A stretch of 64,000 nt of DNA from Alphaproteobacteria bacterium (lineage in GTDB: Bacteria; Pseudomonadota; Alphaproteobacteria; Micropepsales; Micropepsaceae), in assembly GCA_016125165.1 (NCBI GenBank), contig WGMH01000006.1:127274-191273 (forward strand). Reading direction: 5' to 3'. Position numbers and translations under genes: made by a program. Positions within the stretch are counted from its first letter, which is position 1, and every line of letters starts with the position of its first letter. The notes under the pieces are model-generated. The model saw only the letters and a list, made by a program, of their open reading frames with translations. It was not told where the DNA came from and searched no databases. Of this stretch, positions 36,046-45,685 are shown piece by piece.

Positions 36046-36111
36046 ATCCTGTTTCTCTATGCTTGCAGCCAAGCGCCACCTTCGCTAGCACTTTGCGAGG
36101 GGGATTTCGCC

Positions 36112-37767
36112 ATGGCATCTGCTGAATCATCACCTTCACGTCCGGCTGGCATTGGCCTCGTGGTTACAGCCTCATCGGCCGGCACCGTATTTGAATGGTA
36201 TGACTTCTTCATCTTCGGCACGCTGGCGCCAATAATCGCCAAACATTTTTTTGCAGGTGCGAGCGAATCCCAAGCCTATCTTTTTGCGCTTCTGACGTTC
36301 GCTGCCGGGTTCTTTGTGCGTCCCTTCGGCGCGCTGTTCTTTGGCCGCTTCGGCGACCGCATCGGTCGCAAGGCAGCATTTCTGGCAACTATCGCCATTA
36401 TGGGCCTTGCCACCTTTGCGGTGGCGGTGTTGCCCGACTATGCGGCCATCGGTGCTTTGGCGCCCTACTCCCTTGTAGCATTGCGCGTACTGCAGGGCTT
36501 CGCCATCGGGGGCGAATATGGCGGTGCAGCAATTTATGTGGCCGAACATGCAAGCAAGAGCCGTCGCGGTCTTGCAACTGGCTGGATCCAGTGCGCGGCA
36601 GGCCTTGGGCTATTCCTTGCTCTGGCCGTTGTCCTCATCATCCGACGTCAAATGGGCGAAGAGGCGTTTGGCGATTGGGGCTGGCGCGTTCCATTTGCTC
36701 TCTCGCTTCTGCTTCTGATCATCTCCTTGTGGATTCGCCTGAAGCTCAATGAGTCGCCCGCGTTCCAGCGCATGCAGGCTGAGGGCCGCGCATCAAAGGC
36801 GCCGCTCCGCGAGGCATTTTTGGAATGGCCCAATCTGAAGATTGTGCTGCTGGCCCTCTTTGGCTTGATGATGGGGCAGGCCGTGGTGTGGTACACGGCG
36901 ATGTTCTATTCGCAGTTCTTTCTTGAGCGCGTCATCAAGATGGATGCGCAGGCAATGAACGCCCTGATGTTGTGTGCGCTGGCGGCAAGCGCCCCGCTAT
37001 ATATTTTCTTTGGATGGATATCGGACAAGATTGGCCGCAAAAAGGTTATTCTGTTCGGTTACATCCTGGCAATCTTTACGCTCATTCCCGGCTTCAAGCT
37101 GTTGACCGAGGCAGTTAACCCCGCACTGGCCTCTGCGACGCGAAACGCTCCAGTGACGGTAGTCGCGGCGCCTGACGATTGCTCGTTCCAGTTCGATCTG
37201 ATTGGCAAGGCTCAATTCGTCACGTCATGTGACATTGCAAAAAGTGCGCTGGCCACGGCGGGCGTACCCTATAGCCACATCAATGCGCCAGTGGGGACAT
37301 TCGCGCGTGTGCAGGTGGGGGTGCAGGATGTGGCGAGCCCAGATGGCAGTCGCATGACGAAGGCTGAGCTCATTGAAGCCAAGGCAAACTTCAAAGATCG
37401 CCTGAGCGCCGCACTGGTCAAAGAGGGCTATCCCGCATCTGCAAGCCCGGAGCGGATTGATGCGCCTTACGCATTCGCAATCCTCTTTATCCTGATGGTG
37501 TCGGCGTGTGCCCTGTATGGACCGCTCGCGGCCAATCTTGTCGAACTGTTTCCGACGCGCATACGCTATACGGCACTTTCCCTGCCTTATCACATCGGAA
37601 ATGGGTGGTTTGGCGGATTTCTGCCGGCAACAGCGTTTGCCATTGTCGCTGCAACCGGAAATATCTATGGCGGGCTCTGGTATCCACTCATTATCGCCCT
37701 CGTTTCCTTCATTGTCACGCTGCTGTTCATGCCCGAGACCAAAGATCGCGAAATCGAAGATCACTAA
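36112..37767 (+). CDS. MFS transporter (metabolite:H+ symporter-like) with a ~115-aa hydrophilic insertion
   Basis: GTVFEWYDFFIFGTLAPIIAKHFF and GRFGDRIGRK are MHS-family motifs. A non-hydrophobic segment maps to about 37117-37470 between transmembrane helices. Confidence 0.85.
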   Translation: MASAESSPSRPAGIGLVVTASSAGTVFEWYDFFIFGTLAPIIAKHFFAGASESQAYLFALLTFAAGFFVRPFGALFFGRFGDRIGRKAAFLATIAIMGLATFAVAVLPDYAAIGALAPYSLVALRVLQGFAIGGEYGGAAIYVAEHASKSRRGLATGWIQCAAGLGLFLALAVVLIIRRQMGEEAFGDWGWRVPFALSLLLLIISLWIRLKLNESPAFQRMQAEGRASKAPLREAFLEWPNLKIVLLALFGLMMGQAVVWYTAMFYSQFFLERVIKMDAQAMNALMLCALAASAPLYIFFGWISDKIGRKKVILFGYILAIFTLIPGFKLLTEAVNPALASATRNAPVTVVAAPDDCSFQFDLIGKAQFVTSCDIAKSALATAGVPYSHINAPVGTFARVQVGVQDVASPDGSRMTKAELIEAKANFKDRLSAALVKEGYPASASPERIDAPYAFAILFILMVSACALYGPLAANLVELFPTRIRYTALSLPYHIGNGWFGGFLPATAFAIVAATGNIYGGLWYPLIIALVSFIVTLLFMPETKDREIEDH

Positions 37768-38609
37768 CGCCTTTCGGACATCATAGCCCTACGAATGAGG
37801 GTTGCGGCGAATACAGCGGCCCCCATCGCAAGCACATACCAGCCAGGGCGAATGTCGACGAAGGAAAGATTTGCCAAAAGCACGCGCCTGCCATCGACAG
37901 GGGTGAAGAGAGCATACCCCGCCGCTTCTCCGAGCGCCGAGACGGCATATGACAGAACAGCCAACAGCGCGAGCGTGACAGGCGATGCAGCACGTGCGAC
38001 CCCGCCGGACCAGTAGGCGAAGCGATATGTCATTAGCCACACAAAGATACCGGCCATCACGGTCGGCTCAAAAACCTCCAACTTCGACTGAATAAAGTAG
38101 TGTACGAGAGCAAGCACAGCGATGAAATACACCAAGCGATGCAGTCGGCCCCAGTTCTTTGCACCTAGCCGCCGCACCATGCCGTCCGTCGATGTTGAAG
38201 ACAGTAACGCAAGCAGCAACAGCGCAATCAGTCCGATCATCAAATAGAAACGCAGTACGATCTCGCTTGCGACCTTGGACAAGTCGAATCCTTGCTGGGC
38301 GATGTACAGGCCCAGGTGCGCAAGACCATAGGCAAACGCGGCCACGCCGATCATGCGGCGTACGACGACCAGGCGCGGATACCGGAATATCTGCATTGCC
38401 GGCGTCACCGCGAGCGACAGTAGCATCAGGCGTATGGTCCAAAGACCCAGATCGTGCAGTACCGACTTGACGGGGTTGGCCGCATAGCTGCCATCCACCA
38501 CAAAGACAGCGCTCGCGATCGCCGGCAGAAACAGCCCAGCGAAAACCGATGCTTTCAGTGGCGAGAACTTGCCATTGCGCTCCAGCCAAGGCGCTTTGAA
38601 GATGGCCAT
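37764..38609 (-). CDS. msrQ: Protein-methionine-sulfoxide reductase haem-binding subunit MsrQ (YedZ-like), extended C-terminus
   Basis: Ferric-reductase-type membrane domain (GLWTIRLMLLSLAVTPA, RRMIGVAAFAYGLAHLGLY, WGRLHRLVYFIAVLALVHY). At 281 aa it carries extra C-terminal hydrophobic segments. Confidence 0.75.
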   Translation of the reverse strand: MAIFKAPWLERNGKFSPLKASVFAGLFLPAIASAVFVVDGSYAANPVKSVLHDLGLWTIRLMLLSLAVTPAMQIFRYPRLVVVRRMIGVAAFAYGLAHLGLYIAQQGFDLSKVASEIVLRFYLMIGLIALLLLALLSSTSTDGMVRRLGAKNWGRLHRLVYFIAVLALVHYFIQSKLEVFEPTVMAGIFVWLMTYRFAYWSGGVARAASPVTLALLAVLSYAVSALGEAAGYALFTPVDGRRVLLANLSFVDIRPGWYVLAMGAAVFAATLIRRAMMSERR

Positions 38610-38681
38610 GGGATTTCCTCGTATCCTTCGCCACTTCTACGCCGCGAGCAGGCAGGTTGTTTCAAATCGCGACCGATGCTC

Positions 38682-39158
38682 TCAGCGAATTTCCAGAGGA
38701 ATGCCGGGTTCAGTCTTCGTGGGATGAATAACAAGCGAAGACTTGACGCTTGCCACGTTCTTTGCGGCCGTAAGCGTATCGGTAACGAAGGACTGGAAGG
38801 CCGAAAGGTCCTTCGCCACGCACTTCAACAGGAAATCCACTTCGCCTGAGAGCATGTGGCACTCACGAACCTGCGGCCAGCTGCGCACCTGCTCTTCAAA
38901 GCGCTTCAAGTCGGCTTCTGCCTGGCTGTTCAGGCCCACGAACACAAAGCCCTGCACCTCGAAGCCAAGCAGCTTCGGATCCAGATCGGCATGATACCCG
39001 CGAATGTATCCGGCCTTCTCCAGCGCCCGCATACGGCGCAGGCAAGGGGGCGCCGTAATCTTCGCCCTGCGCGAAAGCTCGACATTCGTGATACGTCCAT
39101 TCGCTTGCAGTTCAGCGAGAATCCGAAGATCGATGCTGTCGAGCTTGTGGTGTTCCAT
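38682..39158 (-). CDS. lrp: Lrp/AsnC-family transcriptional regulator
   Basis: LDSIDLRILAELQANGRITNVELSRRAKITAPPCLRRMRALEKAGYIRGY plus a C-terminal RAM domain. Confidence 0.9.
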   Translation of the reverse strand: MEHHKLDSIDLRILAELQANGRITNVELSRRAKITAPPCLRRMRALEKAGYIRGYHADLDPKLLGFEVQGFVFVGLNSQAEADLKRFEEQVRSWPQVRECHMLSGEVDFLLKCVAKDLSAFQSFVTDTLTAAKNVASVKSSLVIHPTKTEPGIPLEIR

Positions 39159-39241
39159 CAGGGGGGCCTATGTGGTTAAGCGCGAGCGCATTAAACTCCT
39201 GGCCTGCGCGTTGAGCAATAATCTTTCGAGACAGAGCCGCC

Positions 39242-40240
39242 TTGTCCACGACTGATCAGCAGCAGAGTGTCCAAAACGTCTGCTGGGTGATCACCGAGGG
39301 GACAATTGGCATGGAAAATCAGGCACTTGGCTTGGCCGAGCGCCTGTCTCTGCCCATTGTCATCAAGCGGGTCCGGCTGAAAAAGCCCTGGCGCTGGCTG
39401 GCCCCTTGGTCGCTGGGGTCGCCCTTTGGATGCCTCGCGGTGGGGGCAGATCCTATCTCGCCGCCCTGGCCGCGCCTCGCGATTGGCTGTGGTCGCCAAA
39501 GCATCCCGTTCATGCGTGCGATACGGCAGGCGAGCGGGCATCGCACCATCACCGTGCAAACGCAGAATCCGCGCGTTGGCCCTGAAAACTTTGATCTTGT
39601 CATTCCGCCCGAACATGATCGCCTGACCGGGCCTAACGTTTTGCCTATATTGGGAAGCCCGAACCGCATCTCCAAAACGCGCCTGGATGCCGCGAGAGCG
39701 CAATTTTCGACCCTGTTTGAACCACTCAAGTCTCCCCGCGTTGCCGTGTTGGTGGGCGGCGCCAGTAACGCCTATCGCTTTGGCGCCGAGGACGCCCGGG
39801 GGTTGGCAGAAGCGTTGCGCGCCCTTGCGAAGGACCATGGGTTGATCGTGATGGTTTCCCGGCGCACAGGGGCAGCGAACACGGAGATCTTGAAGCAATT
39901 CTTGGCAAACACAGACGCCTTTGTGTGGAATGGTGAAGGGGAAAACCCCTATCTGGGGGCACTCGCCTGGGCCGATGCCTTTGTGGTGACGGCCGACTCT
40001 ACGAACATGATTTCGGAAGCAGCCGCTACGGGCCGACCAATCCACATTGCCGCGTTGTCCGGCGGATCTGCAAAATTCCGGGCATTCCACGCGGCCCTGA
40101 TGCAAAATGGAATCGCCCGCCCATTTTCTGGCAAATTGGAGGATTGGACCTACAAACCTCTGGATGAAACAGGCAGGGCTGCCGCGAAAATTCAGGCGCT
40201 CCTTGACGTTCGCCGTCTGGCTACCGATATCAGCCGCTAA
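39242..40240 (+). CDS. ELM1 (mitochondrial-fission-like, DUF1022) family protein
   Basis: WVITEGTIGMENQALGLAERL and later VLVGGASNAYRF. The listed start is TTG 39242, with no in-frame ATG nearby, so the start is uncertain. Confidence 0.7.
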   Translation: MSTTDQQQSVQNVCWVITEGTIGMENQALGLAERLSLPIVIKRVRLKKPWRWLAPWSLGSPFGCLAVGADPISPPWPRLAIGCGRQSIPFMRAIRQASGHRTITVQTQNPRVGPENFDLVIPPEHDRLTGPNVLPILGSPNRISKTRLDAARAQFSTLFEPLKSPRVAVLVGGASNAYRFGAEDARGLAEALRALAKDHGLIVMVSRRTGAANTEILKQFLANTDAFVWNGEGENPYLGALAWADAFVVTADSTNMISEAAATGRPIHIAALSGGSAKFRAFHAALMQNGIARPFSGKLEDWTYKPLDETGRAAAKIQALLDVRRLATDISR

Positions 40241-40288
40241 GGGGATCGGGCCGGGCCTAGCCGCTGTCCCCGCAGCAGCAGGTTCCTC

Positions 40289-41239
40289 ATGTCCACCTCC
40301 GAAACAATTCAAACAAAAGCGCTGATACTTGGCAGCGGCCCCGCTGGCGCCACCGCAGCAATCTACGCGGCCCGCGCCATGCTGGGACCGGTCATGATTG
40401 GCGGCCTTCAGCCGGGCGGCCAACTGACAATCACCACGGAGGTCGAGAACTTCCCGGGCTTCGCCGAAGCCGTTCAGGGTCCCTGGCTCATGGAGCAGAT
40501 GCAGGAACAGGCTACGAATGTGGGCGCCCGCCTTGTGCACGACGTGATCGTCAGCGCCGACCTGGCTGTCCGCCCGTTCACGCTCGTAGGGGATTCCGGC
40601 CAACGCTTTAGAGCCGAGACATTGATCATAGCGACGGGCGCACAAGCAAACTGGCTGGGCATTCCATCCGAAGAGCAATTCAAGGGATTTGGTGTTTCCG
40701 CCTGCGCGACGTGCGATGGCTTCTTTTATAAGGGCAAGAATGTCGCCGTCGTCGGCGGAGGAAACACCGCGGTTGAAGAAGCGCTGTTCCTGACGAACTT
40801 TGCCGACAAGGTCACGCTCATCCACCGACGGGGAGAACTGCGCGCGGACAAGACCAATCAGTCGCGTCTGACGATGCATCCCAAGGTCGAGGTTCTCTAC
40901 AACACGGTCGTCGATGAAGTGCTCGGCACAGATTCGCCGCGTGGTGTCACTGGCCTCAAATTGAAGAACGTGGATACGAAGGTCGTTTCGACGCTCGACG
41001 TTCACGGACTTTTTATCGCTATCGGCCATGCGCCTGCCACGCAGCTGTTCCGTGGGCAGATCGACATGGACGAAGATGGCTATATCCGAACCATTCCCGA
41101 CTCCACGCGAACGAACATTCCTGGCGTGTTTGCGGCGGGAGACGTGAAAGACAAGGTATTCCGCCAGGCGGTTACGGCCGCAGGCATGGGCTGCATGGCT
41201 GCACTGGAAGCTGAGAGATTTCTGGCCGGCGGACATTAA
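40289..41239 (+). CDS. trxB: Thioredoxin-disulfide reductase
   Basis: ILGSGPAGATAAIYAARA, redox-active CATCDG, VVGGGNTAVEEALFL and GVFAAGDV. Confidence 0.95.
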   Translation: MSTSETIQTKALILGSGPAGATAAIYAARAMLGPVMIGGLQPGGQLTITTEVENFPGFAEAVQGPWLMEQMQEQATNVGARLVHDVIVSADLAVRPFTLVGDSGQRFRAETLIIATGAQANWLGIPSEEQFKGFGVSACATCDGFFYKGKNVAVVGGGNTAVEEALFLTNFADKVTLIHRRGELRADKTNQSRLTMHPKVEVLYNTVVDEVLGTDSPRGVTGLKLKNVDTKVVSTLDVHGLFIAIGHAPATQLFRGQIDMDEDGYIRTIPDSTRTNIPGVFAAGDVKDKVFRQAVTAAGMGCMAALEAERFLAGGH

Positions 41240-41260
41240 GCCGTTCGACGAGGGGCAACG

Positions 41261-42154
41261 ATGGACTGGGACAAGCTTCGCATCTTTCACGCCGTCGCTT
41301 CGGCGGGAAGCTTCACCCATGCGGGGCAGATGCTGACGTTGAGCCAGTCTGCGGTGAGCCGCCAGATTAGCGCACTGGAAGAAGAAATCGCCACACCGCT
41401 ATTCCAGCGGCACGCGCGAGGTCTGACTCTCACCGACGAAGGCGAGATGCTCTATGGCGCGGTGACAGACGTACTGGCACGCCTTGGGGCGGTGGAAGAA
41501 GCCCTGAAAAACGTTCAGGAAGCGCCGCGCGGATCTTTGAAGATCACGGCCAGTCATGGCCTTGGCACATACTGGCTGATGCCGCGCCTTCTGGAATTCA
41601 TGCGCGAATTCCCGGAATTGCAGATTCACATGCTGTTCGAGGATCGTGAACTCGACCTTGCGCAGCGCGAAGCCGATATCGCCCTGCGCATGCGTCCACC
41701 GGTCCAGGCTGATCTGATCCAGCGCAAGCTGTTCACGGTGCACTATCATATTTATGCGACACCAGAATACCTGGCGCGTGCGGGCACGCCGCAAACGCCG
41801 GAGGACCTCTGTGGACACACCTTGATCGCCTACGGTGAAACCGCTTCGCCGGAAATCCGCGATGTGAACTGGCTCCTTGATTTGGCGCGCCGCATGCGAC
41901 CAGGCGGTATGGCAGCGACGCTGCGCATAAACAATCTCACGGGCATCCTGCATGCCGTAGAAGGTGGGATGGGGATCGCGGCCCTGCCGGACTACGTTGC
42001 GTCCGAACATAGCCGACTGGTGCGTGTGCTGCCGGATGTGGATGGCCCCACATTTGATGTGCATCTGGCCTATCCAGACGCGCTGCGACAATCCAAGCGC
42101 GTGGCGGCTTTCCGCGATTTTCTGGTCCGTTCATCCAAGGACTGGAAGTATTGA
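41261..42154 (+). CDS. LysR-family transcriptional regulator
   Basis: N-terminal HTH (LRIFHAVASAGSFTHAGQMLTLSQSAVSRQISALEEEI..PLFQRHARGLTLT) plus a substrate-binding domain. Confidence 0.9.
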   Translation: MDWDKLRIFHAVASAGSFTHAGQMLTLSQSAVSRQISALEEEIATPLFQRHARGLTLTDEGEMLYGAVTDVLARLGAVEEALKNVQEAPRGSLKITASHGLGTYWLMPRLLEFMREFPELQIHMLFEDRELDLAQREADIALRMRPPVQADLIQRKLFTVHYHIYATPEYLARAGTPQTPEDLCGHTLIAYGETASPEIRDVNWLLDLARRMRPGGMAATLRINNLTGILHAVEGGMGIAALPDYVASEHSRLVRVLPDVDGPTFDVHLAYPDALRQSKRVAAFRDFLVRSSKDWKY

Positions 42155-42356
42155 TTCTCTAGGATTTGTAATCGTCCCCCCTTGAACAGGGCGCTCACGA
42201 ACCCCATTTCATAATCGTCGTCGAAATGTCCCCCATGTTTCCGCGACATTCGGCTCCCGGACGATCCCCCTTGAACGGGAGCCGCTCGTGGCCGAGAAGT
42301 GCCGCGAGCACCCAAGCAGACTGGGCGCTGGAGCTTCTAGCTCCGGCGCCTTCCTG

Positions 42357-43337
42357 CTAGCGGAAGAGCGCGTCGCCAATATTCATGCCTTTATAGAGGC
42401 TGGCCACCTGTGCGCCGTAACCATTAAAAATCTTTGTGAGAACACGCTCACTTGCCGTACCGATCAGTTCTTCGCTTGCCTGACTCCAACGTGGATGCGC
42501 CACGTCCGGGTTCACATTCGCCCAGAAACCGTATTCCGTCGGGCCTAGAGCTTCCCAATAGGTGGTCGGTCTTTTGGTTGTAAACTTGAAACGCACGATG
42601 CCCTTGATGGATTTGAATCCGTACTTCCAGGGCACGGCAAGGCGAAGCGGCGAACCGTTCTGCTTGGCCAAGGGTTTTCCGTAGAGGCCTGTCGCAAGAA
42701 ACGCCAGTTCGTTCATCGCTTCCGCCATCGTGAGACCTTCAGTGTAAGGCCAGGGATAGAAGCTCTGATTTTGGCCGTCGGCCACGTCGGGCTTCATGAA
42801 TGTCTGCATTTCAACGAATGTGGCCCCAGAAAGAGGTTTGGCCAACGCGATCAACTTGGAGAGCGCAAATCCGGTCCACGGAACGGCCATTGCCCACGCT
42901 TCAACACACCGGTGACGGTAGAGGCGTTCCTCCAGCGGCATTTTGCGAATGAGGTCGTCAATTCCAATGGTGAATGGTTTTTCGACCATCCCTTCAAAGG
43001 ACACAGTCCACGGACGGATCGGCAGCATCTGGGCATCATCGGCGATGTCCTTGCTTGTACCGAACTCATAATAGTTGTTGTACGTCGTCACTGCATTTTC
43101 CGGCGTGATGGCCCGATCGAGCTTGTAAGCAGGATCACGTTTTGCCGGGTAAAGACCAGCAGTTGGGTCGGGCGCACTCGCGGCTGCGGAAGGTTTCTTG
43201 TTGTCACAGGACGCAAGTGCGGTTGTGAGCATCACCGCACCAGCACCATGCAGGAGCCTGCGGCGACTGAAATACGCAACCTCCGGGGTCGCCACGATTT
43301 CGGGGATTTCCCAGTCCTTGCGTCGTTTGATGAGCAT
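42357..43337 (-). CDS. msrP: Protein-methionine-sulfoxide reductase catalytic subunit MsrP (YedY-like molybdoenzyme)
   Basis: Tat-like leader (FSRRRLLHGAGAVMLTTALASC), YNNYYEFGTSK, RHRCVEAWAMAVPWTGF and LAVPWKYGFKSIK. Start at ATG 43337. Confidence 0.88.
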   Translation of the reverse strand: MLIKRRKDWEIPEIVATPEVAYFSRRRLLHGAGAVMLTTALASCDNKKPSAAASAPDPTAGLYPAKRDPAYKLDRAITPENAVTTYNNYYEFGTSKDIADDAQMLPIRPWTVSFEGMVEKPFTIGIDDLIRKMPLEERLYRHRCVEAWAMAVPWTGFALSKLIALAKPLSGATFVEMQTFMKPDVADGQNQSFYPWPYTEGLTMAEAMNELAFLATGLYGKPLAKQNGSPLRLAVPWKYGFKSIKGIVRFKFTTKRPTTYWEALGPTEYGFWANVNPDVAHPRWSQASEELIGTASERVLTKIFNGYGAQVASLYKGMNIGDALFR

Positions 43338-43490
43338 TCGCGGTCCTTCCGGAAATATCCTTCCACACTCCTTCGACAAAGGAGCAGCATACGTTACGTG
43401 GCCTGGCGGCCAACGGTTTATCATGGTGTAGAAAAATGTCAGTCTCGCCCGGAGTGGAGGCCACCCCTCGGATGACCTCCACCGTCAATT

Positions 43491-45536
43491 TCAGGCCGCC
43501 GCTCTGTGCTGTGCTACCACCTGATCTGCCAGTTTTCCGGATAGCTCGGCCAGATGGTCGAACGCCATCTCAAATGTGCCAACACCCTGCGTAAGTGAAC
43601 GCAACTCGATGATGATGTCGTGAAGCTCAGCCAATGGCATCTGGGCTTCCACGGTGTCCCACCCCTTCCAGCCGGGGCGTGCATCGTATCCCATCAATTG
43701 CCCGCGCCGGCCGCTGACAACGGAGTTGACTTTCGCGGTCGTGTCGGACGGCACATGGATACGCACATGCATGATGGGTTCAAGAAGGACAGGTGCGCAG
43801 TTCGGCAACCCCTCCTGCATGGCAAGGCGTGCTGCTGTCTGGAACGCGGCATCCGACGAATCCACGGAGTGGTAAGAGCCATCGGTAAGCGCCACGGCCA
43901 CATCGACAACCGGGAAGCCGAGAGGGCCCTGCTTAAGATAATCGGCTGCACCTTTCTCCACGGACGGGATGAAGTTTCGGGGAACGACACCGCCTTTGAT
44001 CTGATCTTCGAACAGAAAGCCAGTTCCACGCGGCAAGGGCCTGATCGCCAGAACCACATCACCGAACTGACCATGACCCCCTGATTGGCGCTTGTGCCGG
44101 CCTCGTTGGGTGGCAGAACGCTTGATTGTCTCTTTGTAAGGCACGCGCATCTTGCGTGTACTGATCTTGAGACCAAACTTGCTTGCGAGCTTCTCGACCG
44201 CGACTTTCAAGTGAATCTCACCCTGCCCGGCCAATGCCATTTCCTGCAACTCGGCATTTTGCTCGAAATGCAATGAAGGGTCTTCCTCCTGAAGCTTATG
44301 GACCGCCGCCGTCAGCTTAACTTCGTCTTTTCGATCAATTGCTTCGATGGCGAGGCCATAAACAACATCCATTCGCTCCCTTTCGCGCTTCGGAAATTTT
44401 GGTCCCTTTGCCGTCGAAGCAATATCCCCCGTGGCAATACCATCAAGTCGTGCCAGTGCGACCGTCTGACCAGCTATCGCCTCCATCAGCTTGCTCTGAA
44501 CATCGCCCTTCAGTATCGAAATGCCACCAATGCGCGCCTCGCGACCGTCTGCAGTGTGCAGGACTGAACCATCCTTCAACGTTCCTGCCAGCACGCGAAC
44601 CACGCTGATCTTCCCCCCATGCGAAGAGTGAAATGTCTTGAGTACGCTCACGATAGCATCATTGCCAGCAACAATACCCAGACGGGCGGCAGTCACGCCC
44701 ACTTCGGGCACTTCATGGCGTAAAGCCTTGAGCATACGGCGAATGCCGTTGTCGCCCTCTGCTGACCCGATAAGCACTGGCACCAACAAGCCTTCAGCAA
44801 GGTCGTTCGCCAGGTCACCGCACACTTCATCTTGCGGCGGCTCGACATCCAAGAGCAATTCTTCCATTAGATGCTCGTCGTAATCGGCCAAGCGTTCCAG
44901 CATCTGGAATCGCGCTTCCTTCTCGCGCTCTTTGATATCGCCCTTCAATTCGATCACTTCGGATGGCGCATGCGCGCGATACACATAGGCCCGCTCAAGC
45001 GCGAGGTCTACAAACCCTTTGACTTCGCCGTCTTCCCAAATGGGAATCTGGCGCAGCAGCAATGGCCTGTCGCTCGCTCCCTGCAGGCTTGCCAAAAGCT
45101 CGCGCAATGCACCATCAGCCTTGTCGATTTTGTTCAAAAACAGGAAATGCGGAATTTGCAGATCGTCGAGTCGCTTCAGATAGGGTTGAAGCATCTGAAT
45201 CTTCGCAGCATCGGGTTCGCACACGACAACAGCCGCGTCGACACCTCCCAGTACATTGAGCGTTTCCTGCAGGAATTCGATTGAGCCGGGGCAATCAAGA
45301 AAGGTGAAATGATCTCCAAGATAGGTGCAAGATGCGCAATTGACTTCGACACTCATCTGCCGCCCACGCGCTTCCGGCGAACTGTCGCCTACGGTATTGC
45401 GCGTCGCGATCGAACCTTTGCGTTGAACAGCTCCAGTGATAGCCAGAATGCTTTCCAGCAACATGGTCTTGCCGCTGCCATACGGCCCCACCAAGGCCAC
45501 TGCGCGTGGCCCACTTCCTCCATTGGATTTTGGCAT
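43491..45536 (-). CDS. Elongation factor G-like GTPase paralogue (atypical G1/G2 motifs)
   Basis: P-loop GPYGSGKT, DCPG and NKID, followed by EF-G domain II-V-like sequence to ~680 aa. Start at ATG 45536 follows GGAGG. Confidence 0.8.
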   Translation of the reverse strand: MPKSNGGSGPRAVALVGPYGSGKTMLLESILAITGAVQRKGSIATRNTVGDSSPEARGRQMSVEVNCASCTYLGDHFTFLDCPGSIEFLQETLNVLGGVDAAVVVCEPDAAKIQMLQPYLKRLDDLQIPHFLFLNKIDKADGALRELLASLQGASDRPLLLRQIPIWEDGEVKGFVDLALERAYVYRAHAPSEVIELKGDIKEREKEARFQMLERLADYDEHLMEELLLDVEPPQDEVCGDLANDLAEGLLVPVLIGSAEGDNGIRRMLKALRHEVPEVGVTAARLGIVAGNDAIVSVLKTFHSSHGGKISVVRVLAGTLKDGSVLHTADGREARIGGISILKGDVQSKLMEAIAGQTVALARLDGIATGDIASTAKGPKFPKRERERMDVVYGLAIEAIDRKDEVKLTAAVHKLQEEDPSLHFEQNAELQEMALAGQGEIHLKVAVEKLASKFGLKISTRKMRVPYKETIKRSATQRGRHKRQSGGHGQFGDVVLAIRPLPRGTGFLFEDQIKGGVVPRNFIPSVEKGAADYLKQGPLGFPVVDVAVALTDGSYHSVDSSDAAFQTAARLAMQEGLPNCAPVLLEPIMHVRIHVPSDTTAKVNSVVSGRRGQLMGYDARPGWKGWDTVEAQMPLAELHDIIIELRSLTQGVGTFEMAFDHLAELSGKLADQVVAQHRAAA

Positions 45537-45685
45537 AAACGCCTCCGTTACCCCGGATACTTGGGGACGAGGCGCGGCGGGCGCTGTTTTCCCAGTTTTG
45601 GGCCGCGTCACGCGCCCCGCTAGAAGAATATGCTCGCGCCGAATGACGCCTGTAGCAAGGTCTTTAACGGGATTTCGGAGGACAT

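Noticed and set aside
39191-41320. 709-aa ORF on the minus strand
   Set aside because: It is antisense to the ELM1-family and trxB genes, both of which carry unmistakable motifs (CATC and FAD/NAD folds). It is a shadow ORF.
42070-42315. 81-aa minus-strand ORF in the lysR-msrP gap
   Set aside because: It overlaps the 3' end of lysR, has no RBS or motifs, and the region is better described by the repeats and hairpins noted in the findings.
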